From a virus (lineage: Duplodnaviria > Caudoviricetes), in IMG/VR virus record IMGVR_UViG_3300044805_000038, positions 1 through 40,454 of that record: 40,454 nt of DNA; one strand, written 5' to 3'. A program made the position numbers and the translations under genes. Under the pieces are notes generated by a model. That model was not told the DNA's origin. It made no database searches and saw only the letters and a list, made by a program, of their open reading frames with translations. This document shows, piece after piece, positions 1 through 7,435 of this stretch (the stretch's first letter is position 1; each line of letters starts with the position of its first letter).

Positions 1-127
1 GCAATAGCCGCTGGCAAATCATTGCGTAGCCAATACGCAAACTCGTCTGCGGTTCGGTCGCCCTTGAGCAGGTTGATTGATTTATGGCACCAAACCAAAT
101 TGTCTGGATGGTAGACATTGCTTGGAC
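1..127. repeat. Terminal direct repeat (copy 1), probably the assembly overlap of a circular contig
   Basis: 1-127 is identical to 40328-40454; 127 is a common assembler k-mer; an ORF reads through the junction. Confidence 0.93.
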
Positions 128-488
128 CAAACACTGTCGCGCGAGACACGGGGATCATGTGATCTAGTCCAGCAGTTGCACCGATTTCAATTTGCAGCCC
201 TGTGTAGTGGCATTTGCCAGTCCATTTAGAAACAATTTGATCGATCCAGGATCGGCGCACTGAAGGCGCAAATTGCTCTACATAGCATGTGCCCCGGGCT
301 TTAGTTGCACCGTTCCGATTGCGTTTACGGTCAAACTTAAAGTTTTCACGAATGACGCTATGCATTTGGCATTGCGCGCATTGCACGCGGCCAATCAAGG
401 CGGGCACTTGCCAGCACTTAGAACAAATGCCCGATGCCTTGAGATCGGCTCGGCGCTTTCTGCGCCATTCAGCTTGCGAAAAACTCAC
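1..488 (-). CDS. HNH endonuclease with N-terminal Cys-rich zinc-finger-like region, 167 aa, spanning the contig junction (stop at 40312-40314)
   Basis: Manual translation from GTG at 488 (GTGA overlap with the terS stop): MSFSQAEWRRKRRADLKASGICSKC..CAQC..KCHYTG..LDHMIPVSR..HPDNLVWCHKSINLLKGDRT..AAANP*. The DH..N..N pattern is the HNH core. The ORF track missed it because of the junction. Confidence 0.85.
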   Translation of the reverse strand, partial: MSFSQAEWRRKRRADLKASGICSKCWQVPALIGRVQCAQCQMHSVIRENFKFDRKRNRNGATKARGTCYVEQFAPSVRRSWIDQIVSKWTGKCHYTGLQIEIGATAGLDHMIPVSRATVFGPSNVYHPDNLVWCHKSINLLKGDRTADEFAYWLRNDLPAAI

Positions 489-808
489 GACATCTCAAAC
501 CGAAGGAGTTTGGCTTGTGTCTCTAGTGCTTTGACAGCTAAGCCGAGGTTGCCTTTAGTGCGTGCCTCACGTTCGTAATCTTGAAGGCGAGCAACGGCAG
601 AGGCTAACCATTCAGGGCGTTCTAGGGCAGCGTCTAACTTTTGTAATTCTCTAGCGCGAGCGATGTAATGTTCAGTTTGACGTTCACCAAGTTCCCAATT
701 TTCCGCAGCGTAACGAATAATTTGTGTTCTACTATTTGCACGCAAGAGTAGATCATAGATCGCATTAACGCGATCCTCAGATTCACTCTTGGTGCATTTC
801 TTGCCCAT
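485..808 (-). CDS. Putative terminase small subunit (HTH protein)
   Basis: 107 aa, helical/HTH-like N-terminus; first gene of the packaging cluster upstream of terL on the circular map. Confidence 0.6.
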   Translation of the reverse strand: MGKKCTKSESEDRVNAIYDLLLRANSRTQIIRYAAENWELGERQTEHYIARARELQKLDAALERPEWLASAVARLQDYEREARTKGNLGLAVKALETQAKLLRFEMS

Positions 809-856
809 TGGGGACTGGTTTAGGTTTTTTGGATATGGTATTTGATGTTAGCAGAT

Positions 857-1042
857 TTATTGTAGAGGGGTTGATTGGCGGAGTTGGTTGATTTTAGGTT
901 CAACGAGGTGGTGCGAGGAAACGGTGCCACAGGTGTCACCAATGCAGACGCGGACACTGCCGTCATCGAGCGTATGGCAGATCGGCTGGACGGAAGTAGC
1001 GGCTGATTCCACCAGTGAGTTCAGACGGTCTCTGGGGGTCAT
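857..1042 (-). CDS. Hypothetical protein (61 aa, MTPRDRL...)
   Basis: Open frame co-oriented with its neighbours; start chosen at the internal ATG. Confidence 0.55.
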   Translation of the reverse strand: MTPRDRLNSLVESAATSVQPICHTLDDGSVRVCIGDTCGTVSSHHLVEPKINQLRQSTPLQ

Positions 1043-1116
1043 TGGTCTGGTGGTAGAGGGCTGTGAGGTAGTCGTCCCAGAGTTTGAGCCAGTGCGCAAC
1101 GTCTTGGTTGGTGGGG

Positions 1117-1419
1117 TTACGGCTTGACTTCATTTTGAAGCGAACAGAGGACAGCGGCTGCAATGCATTCGAGGACTGGGCGCGGTGCACTGCCTCTAGC
1201 AGCCCTACAAGCGGCTGTAACAGCGTTCTGATAGGCGTGCAGGGAGAAGGGCGCGGCAAGGGCTACAGAGGCGCCAGAGGCCACTGTGGGGTCTCCTAGC
1301 GCACGCAGGCGGATGAGCTGCCCGCGTTCGATGTTCAGTTCCTTGGCTTGGCGTAGCAGGTGGTCGTTCTCGTCTTGGGTGAGATAAACCTTGACGGGCA
1401 GGCGCTTTTCGGTGGTCAT
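1117..1419 (-). CDS. Ribbon-helix-helix (MobC/CopG-like) DNA-binding protein
   Basis: RLPVKVYLTQDENDHLLRQAKELNIERGQLIR is a strand-helix-helix pattern; ATG at 1419 follows the upstream stop. Confidence 0.55.
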   Translation of the reverse strand: MTTEKRLPVKVYLTQDENDHLLRQAKELNIERGQLIRLRALGDPTVASGASVALAAPFSLHAYQNAVTAACRAARGSAPRPVLECIAAAVLCSLQNEVKP

Positions 1420-1420
1420 G

Positions 1421-1651
1421 TCAGTAGGGCAGGGCGTTTTCTTCAGCGGGTACAAAGTCGCGTGGGTTGACCACTTCGACCTTGGGGTCAGCGTCATCGA
1501 CGGGATCGCGTAGCAGGTTGCGGTACATGCCTGGGTTGATGTGACCGGGCGGTGGTGCGTCAAAGTCCTCTAGCACGCACCGCTTGGCATCGATGAGGCG
1601 CTGCAGGAGCTTGCGGGCACCGACAGCGGTGGAGATTGGTTTGAGTGCCAT
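1421..1651 (-). CDS. Hypothetical protein (76 aa)
   Basis: Start overlaps the upstream stop (TGATG coupling). Confidence 0.65.
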   Translation of the reverse strand: MALKPISTAVGARKLLQRLIDAKRCVLEDFDAPPPGHINPGMYRNLLRDPVDDADPKVEVVNPRDFVPAEENALPY

Positions 1652-1947
1652 CAGGAGAATGCCTCCTCGCGCTTGCGCTCCTCATCGGCAAACGGATGCA
1701 GGACAAATCTGCCAGGGCTGACGCCTTCGATGGCAGGCTTGTGGGTCATGTACCGACCGAACTCGTCGTAGCGCCCCACGCAATACGGGTAAGCGTTACG
1801 CAGTTGGAACTTATCGAGCTTGCGCTGCGCTTCATCAAAGTCGTCAGCATCAACGGTGCGGAACGCTGGTGCGGTGCCTTCCTTGGCAGCTTTGGGCAGG
1901 ACGGCAAAAACAAATTGGTTACGGCTTTCTGGGCTGAACAGTTTCAT
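1651..1947 (-). CDS. Hypothetical protein (98 aa) downstream of the initiator
   Basis: ATGA overlap with the rep stop; occupies the helicase-loader slot but has no recognisable motif. Confidence 0.65.
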   Translation of the reverse strand: MKLFSPESRNQFVFAVLPKAAKEGTAPAFRTVDADDFDEAQRKLDKFQLRNAYPYCVGRYDEFGRYMTHKPAIEGVSPGRFVLHPFADEERKREEAFS

Positions 1948-2717
1948 CGGATCACATCGGGGATGTAGTTAGTGGTGTTGAGGGGTCGGTCGTTGACCGT
2001 GAGGTAACGCTCGTCGCGTAGCCAGCGGAAGCAATCAGGCAAGGGGCTGACGAACGTGCCCGCTGCGAGGTGCTGATGGCTGATCTCAGTTTCCAATGCT
2101 TCGAGCAAGCTGGCAACGGTTTCGGTCCGGAGAGTTTTCTGCCACTGCCCAAGGGCTTTGGGCTTGGACTGACTGGCAGCGCGTACAGGGGCTGAGAGGT
2201 ACGTTTTCCAGAACTGCTCAAAGGCTGGATCGCCTTTGGTTCTACGCCTTGGCACGGGTTGGTCAGACGCTGCTGGAAACTCGTTTTCCAGCTTTACATG
2301 GGTTCTTGTTATGGGTTCTTGTTCATGGGTTCTTGTTTGTAGGTCGTTTTCGACCTGGGTACCTAGGTCGTTTTCGACCTGACCCCTAGGTCGTTTTTGA
2401 CCTGGGTCGTTTTTGACCTTAGGTCGTTTTCGACCTGGGTGGTCTAGGACGACGTGGTACACGGCACTGGTGCCAGGGCGGCGTTCAACCTCCAGCCAGC
2501 CGGTTTCTACAAGTGTGCTCAACGACCGCTGAACAACCTTCCGTGAGATACCAGAACGATCTGAGATTGTTTGCAGTGATGCGTAGCAGCCTTTCGGGGA
2601 GTTCCAGCCGAACCTGTGCAACCAGAGATAAACAACAATGGCTTTTGAATCGATGCCGGCGTCCATGAGTTTGTATGGGACGGCAGCAAAAGCCGTGGAC
2701 TTAACCGCAGCGGTCAT
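1944..2717 (-). CDS. Replication initiator (lambda O-like, N-terminal winged HTH)
   Basis: HTH region (CYASLQTISDRSGISRKVVQRSLSTLVETGWLEV), repeat-encoded linker, and a C-terminal FEQFWKTY..KPKA..W..RWLRDERY domain typical of phage replisome organisers. Confidence 0.8.
   Translation of the reverse strand: MTAAVKSTAFAAVPYKLMDAGIDSKAIVVYLWLHRFGWNSPKGCYASLQTISDRSGISRKVVQRSLSTLVETGWLEVERRPGTSAVYHVVLDHPGRKRPKVKNDPGQKRPRGQVENDLGTQVENDLQTRTHEQEPITRTHVKLENEFPAASDQPVPRRRTKGDPAFEQFWKTYLSAPVRAASQSKPKALGQWQKTLRTETVASLLEALETEISHQHLAAGTFVSPLPDCFRWLRDERYLTVNDRPLNTTNYIPDVIR
2298..2436. repeat. Replication origin: five palindromic iterons plus three 13-mers
   Basis: RGGTCGTTTTYGACCT at 2341, 2365, 2388, 2404 and 2421; ATGGGTTCTTGTT at 2298, 2311 and 2325. 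All lie inside the initiator gene, as with lambda ori in O. Confidence 0.85.
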
Positions 2718-2741
2718 GTAAGATTTGCCCGTGATTTGTCT

Positions 2742-2779
2742 ACGCCTTGCAGGGTCCTTCACCCCTGCGGGGCGTTTTT
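2742..2779 (+). terminator. Intrinsic terminator antisense to the rep leader
   Basis: ACGCCTTGCAGGG-8 nt loop-CCCTGCGGGGCGT followed by TTTT; the two G-U pairs form only on the + strand. Confidence 0.6.
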
Positions 2780-2952
2780 CATTGTGGCAGGGAATCTTGG
2801 GTCATGGGCACCTCCAGCTCGATCCGTTGCAGCGCCTGATCTAGGAGCTGATTGACGAAAGATTTCTGTGATTGATAGGTAGGCATGACAGCCTTAGCGC
2901 GGCTGAGGATGGCGTCGTCGATGGCGACGTTGGTGGCTTTGCCGATGGGCAT
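2779..2952 (-). CDS. Small ribbon-helix-helix-like regulator
   Basis: ATNVAIDDAILSRAKAVMPTYQSQKSFVNQLLDQAL; first gene of the leftward early unit at the divergence point. Confidence 0.55.
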   Translation of the reverse strand: MPIGKATNVAIDDAILSRAKAVMPTYQSQKSFVNQLLDQALQRIELEVPMTQDSLPQ

Positions 2953-3011
2953 AGAGGTTGCGTTATGCGGGTATCCGGCGTAGATTACCCCGAAATCGAC
3001 CATTGCGCAAC

Positions 3012-3623
3012 ATGCTCGCCCCGGTCCAGGACCTTGAGTTCAACGAGGATTTGCACCGCTATCGGTACAAGGGGCGCTGGCTGCCGTTCAGCGTGTCAAA
3101 GGTTGCGAACCGCACCACGCCGGAACAGGAGGCGCAGTTTGAGCGGACCAAGCACATTTGGGCGCCACGCGGCACGACCATCCATTCCTTCTGTGAAGCA
3201 ATGCTGCTAGGCGAGGAGCTGCAGGAGACTGATTACACGGCATGGACCGATGAGTTGCAGGAGTGCTGGCTGCTGCGTGACTCTGACGCACTGGCTGTTG
3301 AGTACAGGCTGTGCGATGCCCGCAAGGGCGTTGGCGGCAGCTTTGACTTCCTGCTGCGGACATCGAACGGCAAGGTCGTGCTCGGTGACCTGAAGACGGT
3401 TGGCAGCAACTCAGGCGTATCGCAACGCAAGCCCGCCACAGCTCAGCTTGGGGGCTACCTTGCCATGCTGATCGACCATCACCCGATGGTGACGGTGGAC
3501 TGGTGCTACACGGTGGTGGTCGGTCCTGGGCGCTGCAGGGTAATTCAGAGTGAGCCTGACGAGTGCTTAGGTGCCTGGGTGGATGCTTGGGATGTGTTCA
3601 AGCAAGAGGTCTGCCCGTTCTGA
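3012..3623 (+). CDS. PD-(D/E)XK (Cas4/RecB-like) exonuclease
   Basis: F.E..HRY, RGTTIH, VE, GGSFD, GDLKT and QLGGY motifs. Confidence 0.8.
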   Translation: MLAPVQDLEFNEDLHRYRYKGRWLPFSVSKVANRTTPEQEAQFERTKHIWAPRGTTIHSFCEAMLLGEELQETDYTAWTDELQECWLLRDSDALAVEYRLCDARKGVGGSFDFLLRTSNGKVVLGDLKTVGSNSGVSQRKPATAQLGGYLAMLIDHHPMVTVDWCYTVVVGPGRCRVIQSEPDECLGAWVDAWDVFKQEVCPF

Positions 3624-3635
3624 GTCGCCGTACCG

Positions 3636-3720
3636 CGTGACAGTTTTTATGGTGTCACGGGTTGAAATAGGTTGCATCTCCACCTGATCCATGGCATCCT
3701 TTGTTTGTCGGGGATGCCCG
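3636..3720 (+). promoter_or_regulatory. Sigma70-type early promoter with upstream palindrome
   Basis: CGTGACA-N10-TGTCACG (3636-3659), TTGCAT (3672)-N17-CATCCT (3695) with TGn extension, then hairpin CGGG-GATG-CCCG. Confidence 0.5.
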
Positions 3721-3748
3721 GCTACCACCAACCACCTGCACAACCCCA

Positions 3749-3877
3749 ATGATCAACCGCATTAACAATGCAATTTGCCTTGTGGTGGTTGCAGCAGTCG
3801 TTGCCATGATCGGCATCGAGGCTGCTAACCAGCCCGGCATGACCCACAGCGGCACTCAGTTAGAAATTCGCCGCTGA
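3749..3877 (+). CDS. Small membrane protein (42 aa)
   Basis: Manual translation MINRINNAICLVVVAAVVAMIGIEAANQPGMTHSGTQLEIRR; one hydrophobic helix; stop overlaps the next ATG. Confidence 0.65.
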   Translation: MINRINNAICLVVVAAVVAMIGIEAANQPGMTHSGTQLEIRR

Positions 3878-4182
3878 TGTCTGACAGAATCGCCCGCAAC
3901 TTCGCGCAGTTTGACCGCGAGAACCCAAGCGTCTATGACGGGCTGCGTCGTTTGGCGCTGCAGGTTCGCCGCACAGGGCGGCAACACTACGGCATCAAAG
4001 CCTTGTTCGAGGTTCTCCGATATGAATATGCTTTGACCACATTCTCTGATGATGGCCTAAAGCTCAACAACAACTACACCGCTCTTTACGCCCGCAAGTT
4101 AATGGAGTGTGAACCAGAGCTGCAAGGCTTCTTTCACCTGCGCGAACGTGCGCCGCGTTTCAGAGCAGACCAGATCGTTTGA
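3877..4182 (+). CDS. Conserved-looking phage hypothetical protein (101 aa)
   Basis: F..FDRENP.VY..YGIKALFEVLR..KLNNNYTALYARKLM pattern, recalled from phage proteins; translationally coupled. Confidence 0.7.
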   Translation: MSDRIARNFAQFDRENPSVYDGLRRLALQVRRTGRQHYGIKALFEVLRYEYALTTFSDDGLKLNNNYTALYARKLMECEPELQGFFHLRERAPRFRADQIV

Positions 4183-4205
4183 CCCCGTTTTTACAGCACC
4201 GATTC

Positions 4206-4457
4206 ATGACTGCCGACGAAAAACTGTCAAGCCTCCTCAAGGAGATTGAGCAAGACCTAGCAAGCTACCGTTACCCGGTAACTGAACAGAAAGATCTGTT
4301 CACATCGCTAGAACTTGACCTGCTTTACGAATTGACTCGTGATGCCCGCAACGCATTGCACGATCCAGAGGATGAGGTACAAGCGGGCAGTTGGGCTGAT
4401 GCCATTATCAAGCTCGACAACAAACTGACCAAGCTCTTTCGCCAACGCCGCCAATGA
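4206..4457 (+). CDS. Hypothetical protein
   Basis: Helical ORF in the early operon. Confidence 0.6.
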   Translation: MTADEKLSSLLKEIEQDLASYRYPVTEQKDLFTSLELDLLYELTRDARNALHDPEDEVQAGSWADAIIKLDNKLTKLFRQRRQ

Positions 4458-4585
4458 ACCCCTACAGCCTGACGTGGCAAACAAGACTATTGTTTTGGTT
4501 GCTTTCTATGCGACCAGATGTCAGTGCAATCCGTTTGCGCTCTGAAGTAGATCACCTCCAACACTGCCTTGTGAAATCACGATGA
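4454..4585 (+). CDS. Hypothetical protein (43 aa)
   Basis: Manual: MNPYSLTWQTRLLFWLLSMRPDVSAIRLRSEVDHLQHCLVKSR; ATGA overlaps at both ends. Confidence 0.55.
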   Translation: MNPYSLTWQTRLLFWLLSMRPDVSAIRLRSEVDHLQHCLVKSR

Positions 4586-4767
4586 AACGACCACTCGTTC
4601 GCTCCGTGCCGATGGAATTGATTCTCACGGGCTTCCATTGGGAAACCGTTCGGGAGGAATATTTCCTCAAGTACGGGCAATTTGCAAAAGCCCAAGACTG
4701 CAAACACCTACGCGCTTTGTACAAACAACGTCTTTGGGAGGAGTGCGGCATTGAAGTGACGCTGTAG
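4582..4767 (+). CDS. Hypothetical protein (61 aa)
   Basis: ATGA-coupled ORF. Confidence 0.6.
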   Translation: MKRPLVRSVPMELILTGFHWETVREEYFLKYGQFAKAQDCKHLRALYKQRLWEECGIEVTL

Positions 4768-4777
4768 GCAGCCGGCA

Positions 4778-4978
4778 ATGATTAAAATCCTCAAACGCTG
4801 TTTCTTCCGATTGATGTCCCGCTACGAGTATTTGCCACCTGATGATTGCTTGCCGCGATTCCGTGGCAAGTCCCTCAAGGACTTGGAGCCCGAATGGCAG
4901 GTGGCTTACTTGGAATACGTCTTCCTGCTGGATTGCTCTAAGCACTACCAGCTCAAGCCTGGTAAATCGCCAGACTGA
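4778..4978 (+). CDS. Hypothetical protein (66 aa)
   Basis: Co-oriented ORF filling the gap. Confidence 0.55.
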   Translation: MIKILKRCFFRLMSRYEYLPPDDCLPRFRGKSLKDLEPEWQVAYLEYVFLLDCSKHYQLKPGKSPD

Positions 4979-4987
4979 TAACGAGGC

Positions 4988-5175
4988 ATTGGGTGACTGG
5001 TGCAAACTTCGGTCGCTATGGTTGCTGCCTGCGTAGGGGATGCCACTGGTCGGGCTAACTGGTGGAACAACATCCCAAGCGCAAGAAGCCAAGGTTCCCG
5101 TCGTGGACGCGGTGTAGTGCCAGCGGTGCGTGACCGTACATTGGCGCCGCGCAAGCAACCTGCCCATGTAAGTCC
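4988..5175 (+). ncRNA. Candidate structured non-coding RNA
   Basis: Nested stems: 5020-5026/5154-5160, 5037-5042/5071-5076, 5043-5050/5058-5065, 5108-5114/5145-5151, 5124-5127/5133-5136, 4993-4999/5010-5016. Confidence 0.45.
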
Positions 5176-5199
5176 TCAACCTTTCCAATGGAAAAGGGG

Positions 5200-5251
5200 T
5201 TGCTTTTCGGGCGGTTTTGCCCCATAATACGGAGACGCGGGACAGCCCCGC
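5200..5251 (+). promoter_or_regulatory. Sigma70-type early promoter with 5' hairpin
   Basis: TTGCTT (5200)-N17-CATAAT (5223), then GCGGG-ACAGC-CCCGC (5237-5251) before the ATG at 5274. Confidence 0.6.
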
Positions 5252-5273
5252 AGCCCAACGCGCAACTCAACCC

Positions 5274-5504
5274 ATGCTTCCCTTCCAGCCCACCGACTGC
5301 CCTGAGCTGACCGCCGAGCAAGAAACGGCAATGGCTCATGACCTTGCAGATCAGTTCAATGCCTACGTCTGCGAGGAGCTTGTTGGCGTCCTAGCTCACC
5401 TGGCGCAAGACGTTCTTAAAGACAACTACATCGACCCTGATTCCATGCTGGGTCATGACCTGATCCACGACCTGATCAACCGCATCGTGGTAACCGCCAA
5501 ATGA
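5274..5504 (+). CDS. Hypothetical acidic protein
   Basis: First ATG downstream of the promoter; coupled to the next gene. Confidence 0.6.
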   Translation: MLPFQPTDCPELTAEQETAMAHDLADQFNAYVCEELVGVLAHLAQDVLKDNYIDPDSMLGHDLIHDLINRIVVTAK

Positions 5505-5701
5505 AGCACACCGTCCGCCTCCAGCGTGGGCTCTACGTGCTTGTGGATTCCTACGCCAGACCCACCTTTGCTTCACGCATCCGCCAGCACTTCCCCATTG
5601 CCCTTTGCCTGACCAGCATCCTCGTTGCAGGAATCACGCTCCAAGTCATTGAGCAACGCACCATCACTGCTTGCCAAACCACCCATCGCGCATCCTTCTA
5701 A
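5501..5701 (+). CDS. Small membrane protein (66 aa)
   Basis: ATGA overlap; hydrophobic segment FPIALCLTSILVAGITLQVI. Confidence 0.6.
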   Translation: MKHTVRLQRGLYVLVDSYARPTFASRIRQHFPIALCLTSILVAGITLQVIEQRTITACQTTHRASF

Positions 5702-5703
5702 CC

Positions 5704-6015
5704 ATGTCAACCGCACAAGACCTTATTGATCAACTTGTCACCCTGCGTGCAGACAAAGAGGATCTAGAAGCCCGTGAGGCATTCCTGCGTGAGCAGCTTG
5801 AAGGTGCCATTGCCCTAGGCGAACTTGATCCCTACCAAATCGATGACAGCACCTACGAGTTCGTGAACGCCAAGTACGTCCGCTGTGAACGCAACAGTTA
5901 CAAACTCAGCAAGGAAGCCGAACGGGCAATTAGGTCTATTAAAGAACAGGACATCGACGCTGGACTTGCCCAGCGGAACGTGACAATCTACTATCAGCTC
6001 CGCATGAACCCTTGA
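5704..6015 (+). CDS. Hypothetical coiled-coil protein of the recombination module
   Basis: N-terminal coiled coil and C-terminal beta region; directly precedes RusA. Confidence 0.65.
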   Translation: MSTAQDLIDQLVTLRADKEDLEAREAFLREQLEGAIALGELDPYQIDDSTYEFVNAKYVRCERNSYKLSKEAERAIRSIKEQDIDAGLAQRNVTIYYQLRMNP

Positions 6016-6455
6016 ACACCAGCATCACCTTCGCTGTCCATGGGCTGCCAGCACCTCAAGGTTCAAAACGGCATATGGGCAACGGGATCATGGTGGAGTC
6101 AAGCAAAAAGGTCAAACCATGGCGGCAGGATACAAAATACGCCGCACTGGAAGCCAAGCCAGCCGACTGGGATGCATCTGGTCCCATGTCTTTGTCCGTT
6201 GTCTTTCGGTTCCAAAGACCAGCCGCTCATTACCTGAAAAATGGTCTACGCCCGACCGCCCCCTGCTACGTCACCTCAGCCCGCAATGGGGACCTTGACA
6301 AGCTCCTGCGGTCTACCTGCGATGCCATGACTGGCATCCTCTTCGATGATGACCGCCAAGTCGTCAGCATCAACGCCATTAAGCGTTACTGCAACACCAA
6401 CGAACAACCTGGCGCCATCATCACGCTCACTGCGCTAAACCTCACAGACCAATGA
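6012..6455 (+). CDS. rusA: RusA-like Holliday junction resolvase
   Basis: PAPQGSKR, DLDKLLRSTCDAMTG..DDRQVV motifs. Confidence 0.88.
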   Translation: MNTSITFAVHGLPAPQGSKRHMGNGIMVESSKKVKPWRQDTKYAALEAKPADWDASGPMSLSVVFRFQRPAAHYLKNGLRPTAPCYVTSARNGDLDKLLRSTCDAMTGILFDDDRQVVSINAIKRYCNTNEQPGAIITLTALNLTDQ

Positions 6456-7153
6456 CCTTTCCAAATCTTGCGGGCGTCATCACCAAAGATGATGTATTCC
6501 GCAAAGGCACAGGATCCTACGCCGCAGATTACGTTTCTTGGGCACGGATCGCTAATCACCTGCATACCAGCGCCCCCGGCTGGATCATGCAAATCAGAAC
6601 AGCACCGCATGGTGAAAACCATGTCTGGCGCAGTCCTGATGGCTCTGGTTATTTGACCGTCTACTTCCTGCATACAGACGGCACAGAGACACCAGATTTT
6701 GTTTATGCCATCACCGACAATCGCAATGTTCCGATTGCGTGGGACAAGATCAATAGCCGCATGATTTGCGATAGCCATCGCCGTGCGCTTTGTGCTGCTG
6801 CTGCATTTTTCTTTAGCCTTGGCTACGAGCTATGGGCACGAGAGGAGATTGAAGAGGCAAAGGCTGACAGCCCGTTACCAACTGTTGAGCAGCCCGCTGC
6901 TGCCAAAGCAAAGCCCGTTGCCGCAGCTACAAAGAAGGAAGAGCCTCCTGAGTTGTCGTCAGAGGAACTCCCGATCACTGACGGTGATCTAAAAACGATC
7001 CGTGACTTGCTGGCAGCAGAACCTGTTGTCAAAAGGAACAAAATCATTAAGGAGTTCAACAAGGAATTTGCCGTGCCTGAGGGTGATCTCATGACTGCCC
7101 ACATCACGCTTCCTAAACACCTGCGCTACATCCAGGAACGGCTATCCACCTAA
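6452..7153 (+). CDS. Sak-like single-strand annealing protein (DUF1071-like)
   Basis: YVSWA..., AITDNRN, RRALCAAAA..LGYELWARE motifs; upstream of ssb. Confidence 0.65.
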   Translation: MTFPNLAGVITKDDVFRKGTGSYAADYVSWARIANHLHTSAPGWIMQIRTAPHGENHVWRSPDGSGYLTVYFLHTDGTETPDFVYAITDNRNVPIAWDKINSRMICDSHRRALCAAAAFFFSLGYELWAREEIEEAKADSPLPTVEQPAAAKAKPVAAATKKEEPPELSSEELPITDGDLKTIRDLLAAEPVVKRNKIIKEFNKEFAVPEGDLMTAHITLPKHLRYIQERLST

Positions 7154-7165
7154 CAAGGATCAGCC

Positions 7166-7435
7166 ATGACCGATGAGATGATGCACGCCCAAATGGCGGC
7201 AGCATATGCCGCTCAACGTGCAGAGCTGGTTAAACAGCAGGACAATCATCTCCAACAGCTTCTTCCGCCTGATTTGGTATCTTTCCTGCAGCATTACATG
7301 CAGTCCAGGGAATATTCAGCAAGACAGGCGTTGTCCGTTATCCTTTACCAATTTTTCGGATCATGCTCCAGATCACAGCAGTTGGCAACCTTGCCGCCGA
7401 CCCTGAACTCAAAACCATTGGCGACCGTGAAGTAG
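7166..7435 (+). CDS. Hypothetical protein
   Basis: ORF between the annealase and ssb; its 3' end overlaps ssb by 73 nt. Confidence 0.45.
   Translation: MTDEMMHAQMAAAYAAQRAELVKQQDNHLQQLLPPDLVSFLQHYMQSREYSARQALSVILYQFFGSCSRSQQLATLPPTLNSKPLATVK

Noticed and set aside
273-578. + strand ORFs of 101 and 81 aa
   Set aside because: They lie opposite the HNH and terS genes, which have clear motifs and coupled start/stop codons.
963-1133. ORF MKSSRNPTNQDVAHWLKLWDDYLTALY...
   Set aside because: It may be a real short gene, but it overlaps the next ORF by about 80 nt and has no motif support, so it was left uncalled.
2298-2436. Repeat cluster as a CRISPR array
   Set aside because: Gaps between repeats are 0-8 nt with no unique spacers, the repeats lie in frame within the initiator gene, and no cas operon is present.
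3012-3623. Cas4 as evidence of a CRISPR system
   Set aside because: Stand-alone PD-(D/E)XK nucleases are common in phage recombination modules; there is no array or other cas gene.
4974-4990. Hammerhead ribozyme core at CTGATAACGAG
   Set aside because: It does not match CUGANGA and I found no correctly placed GAAA with flanking stems.
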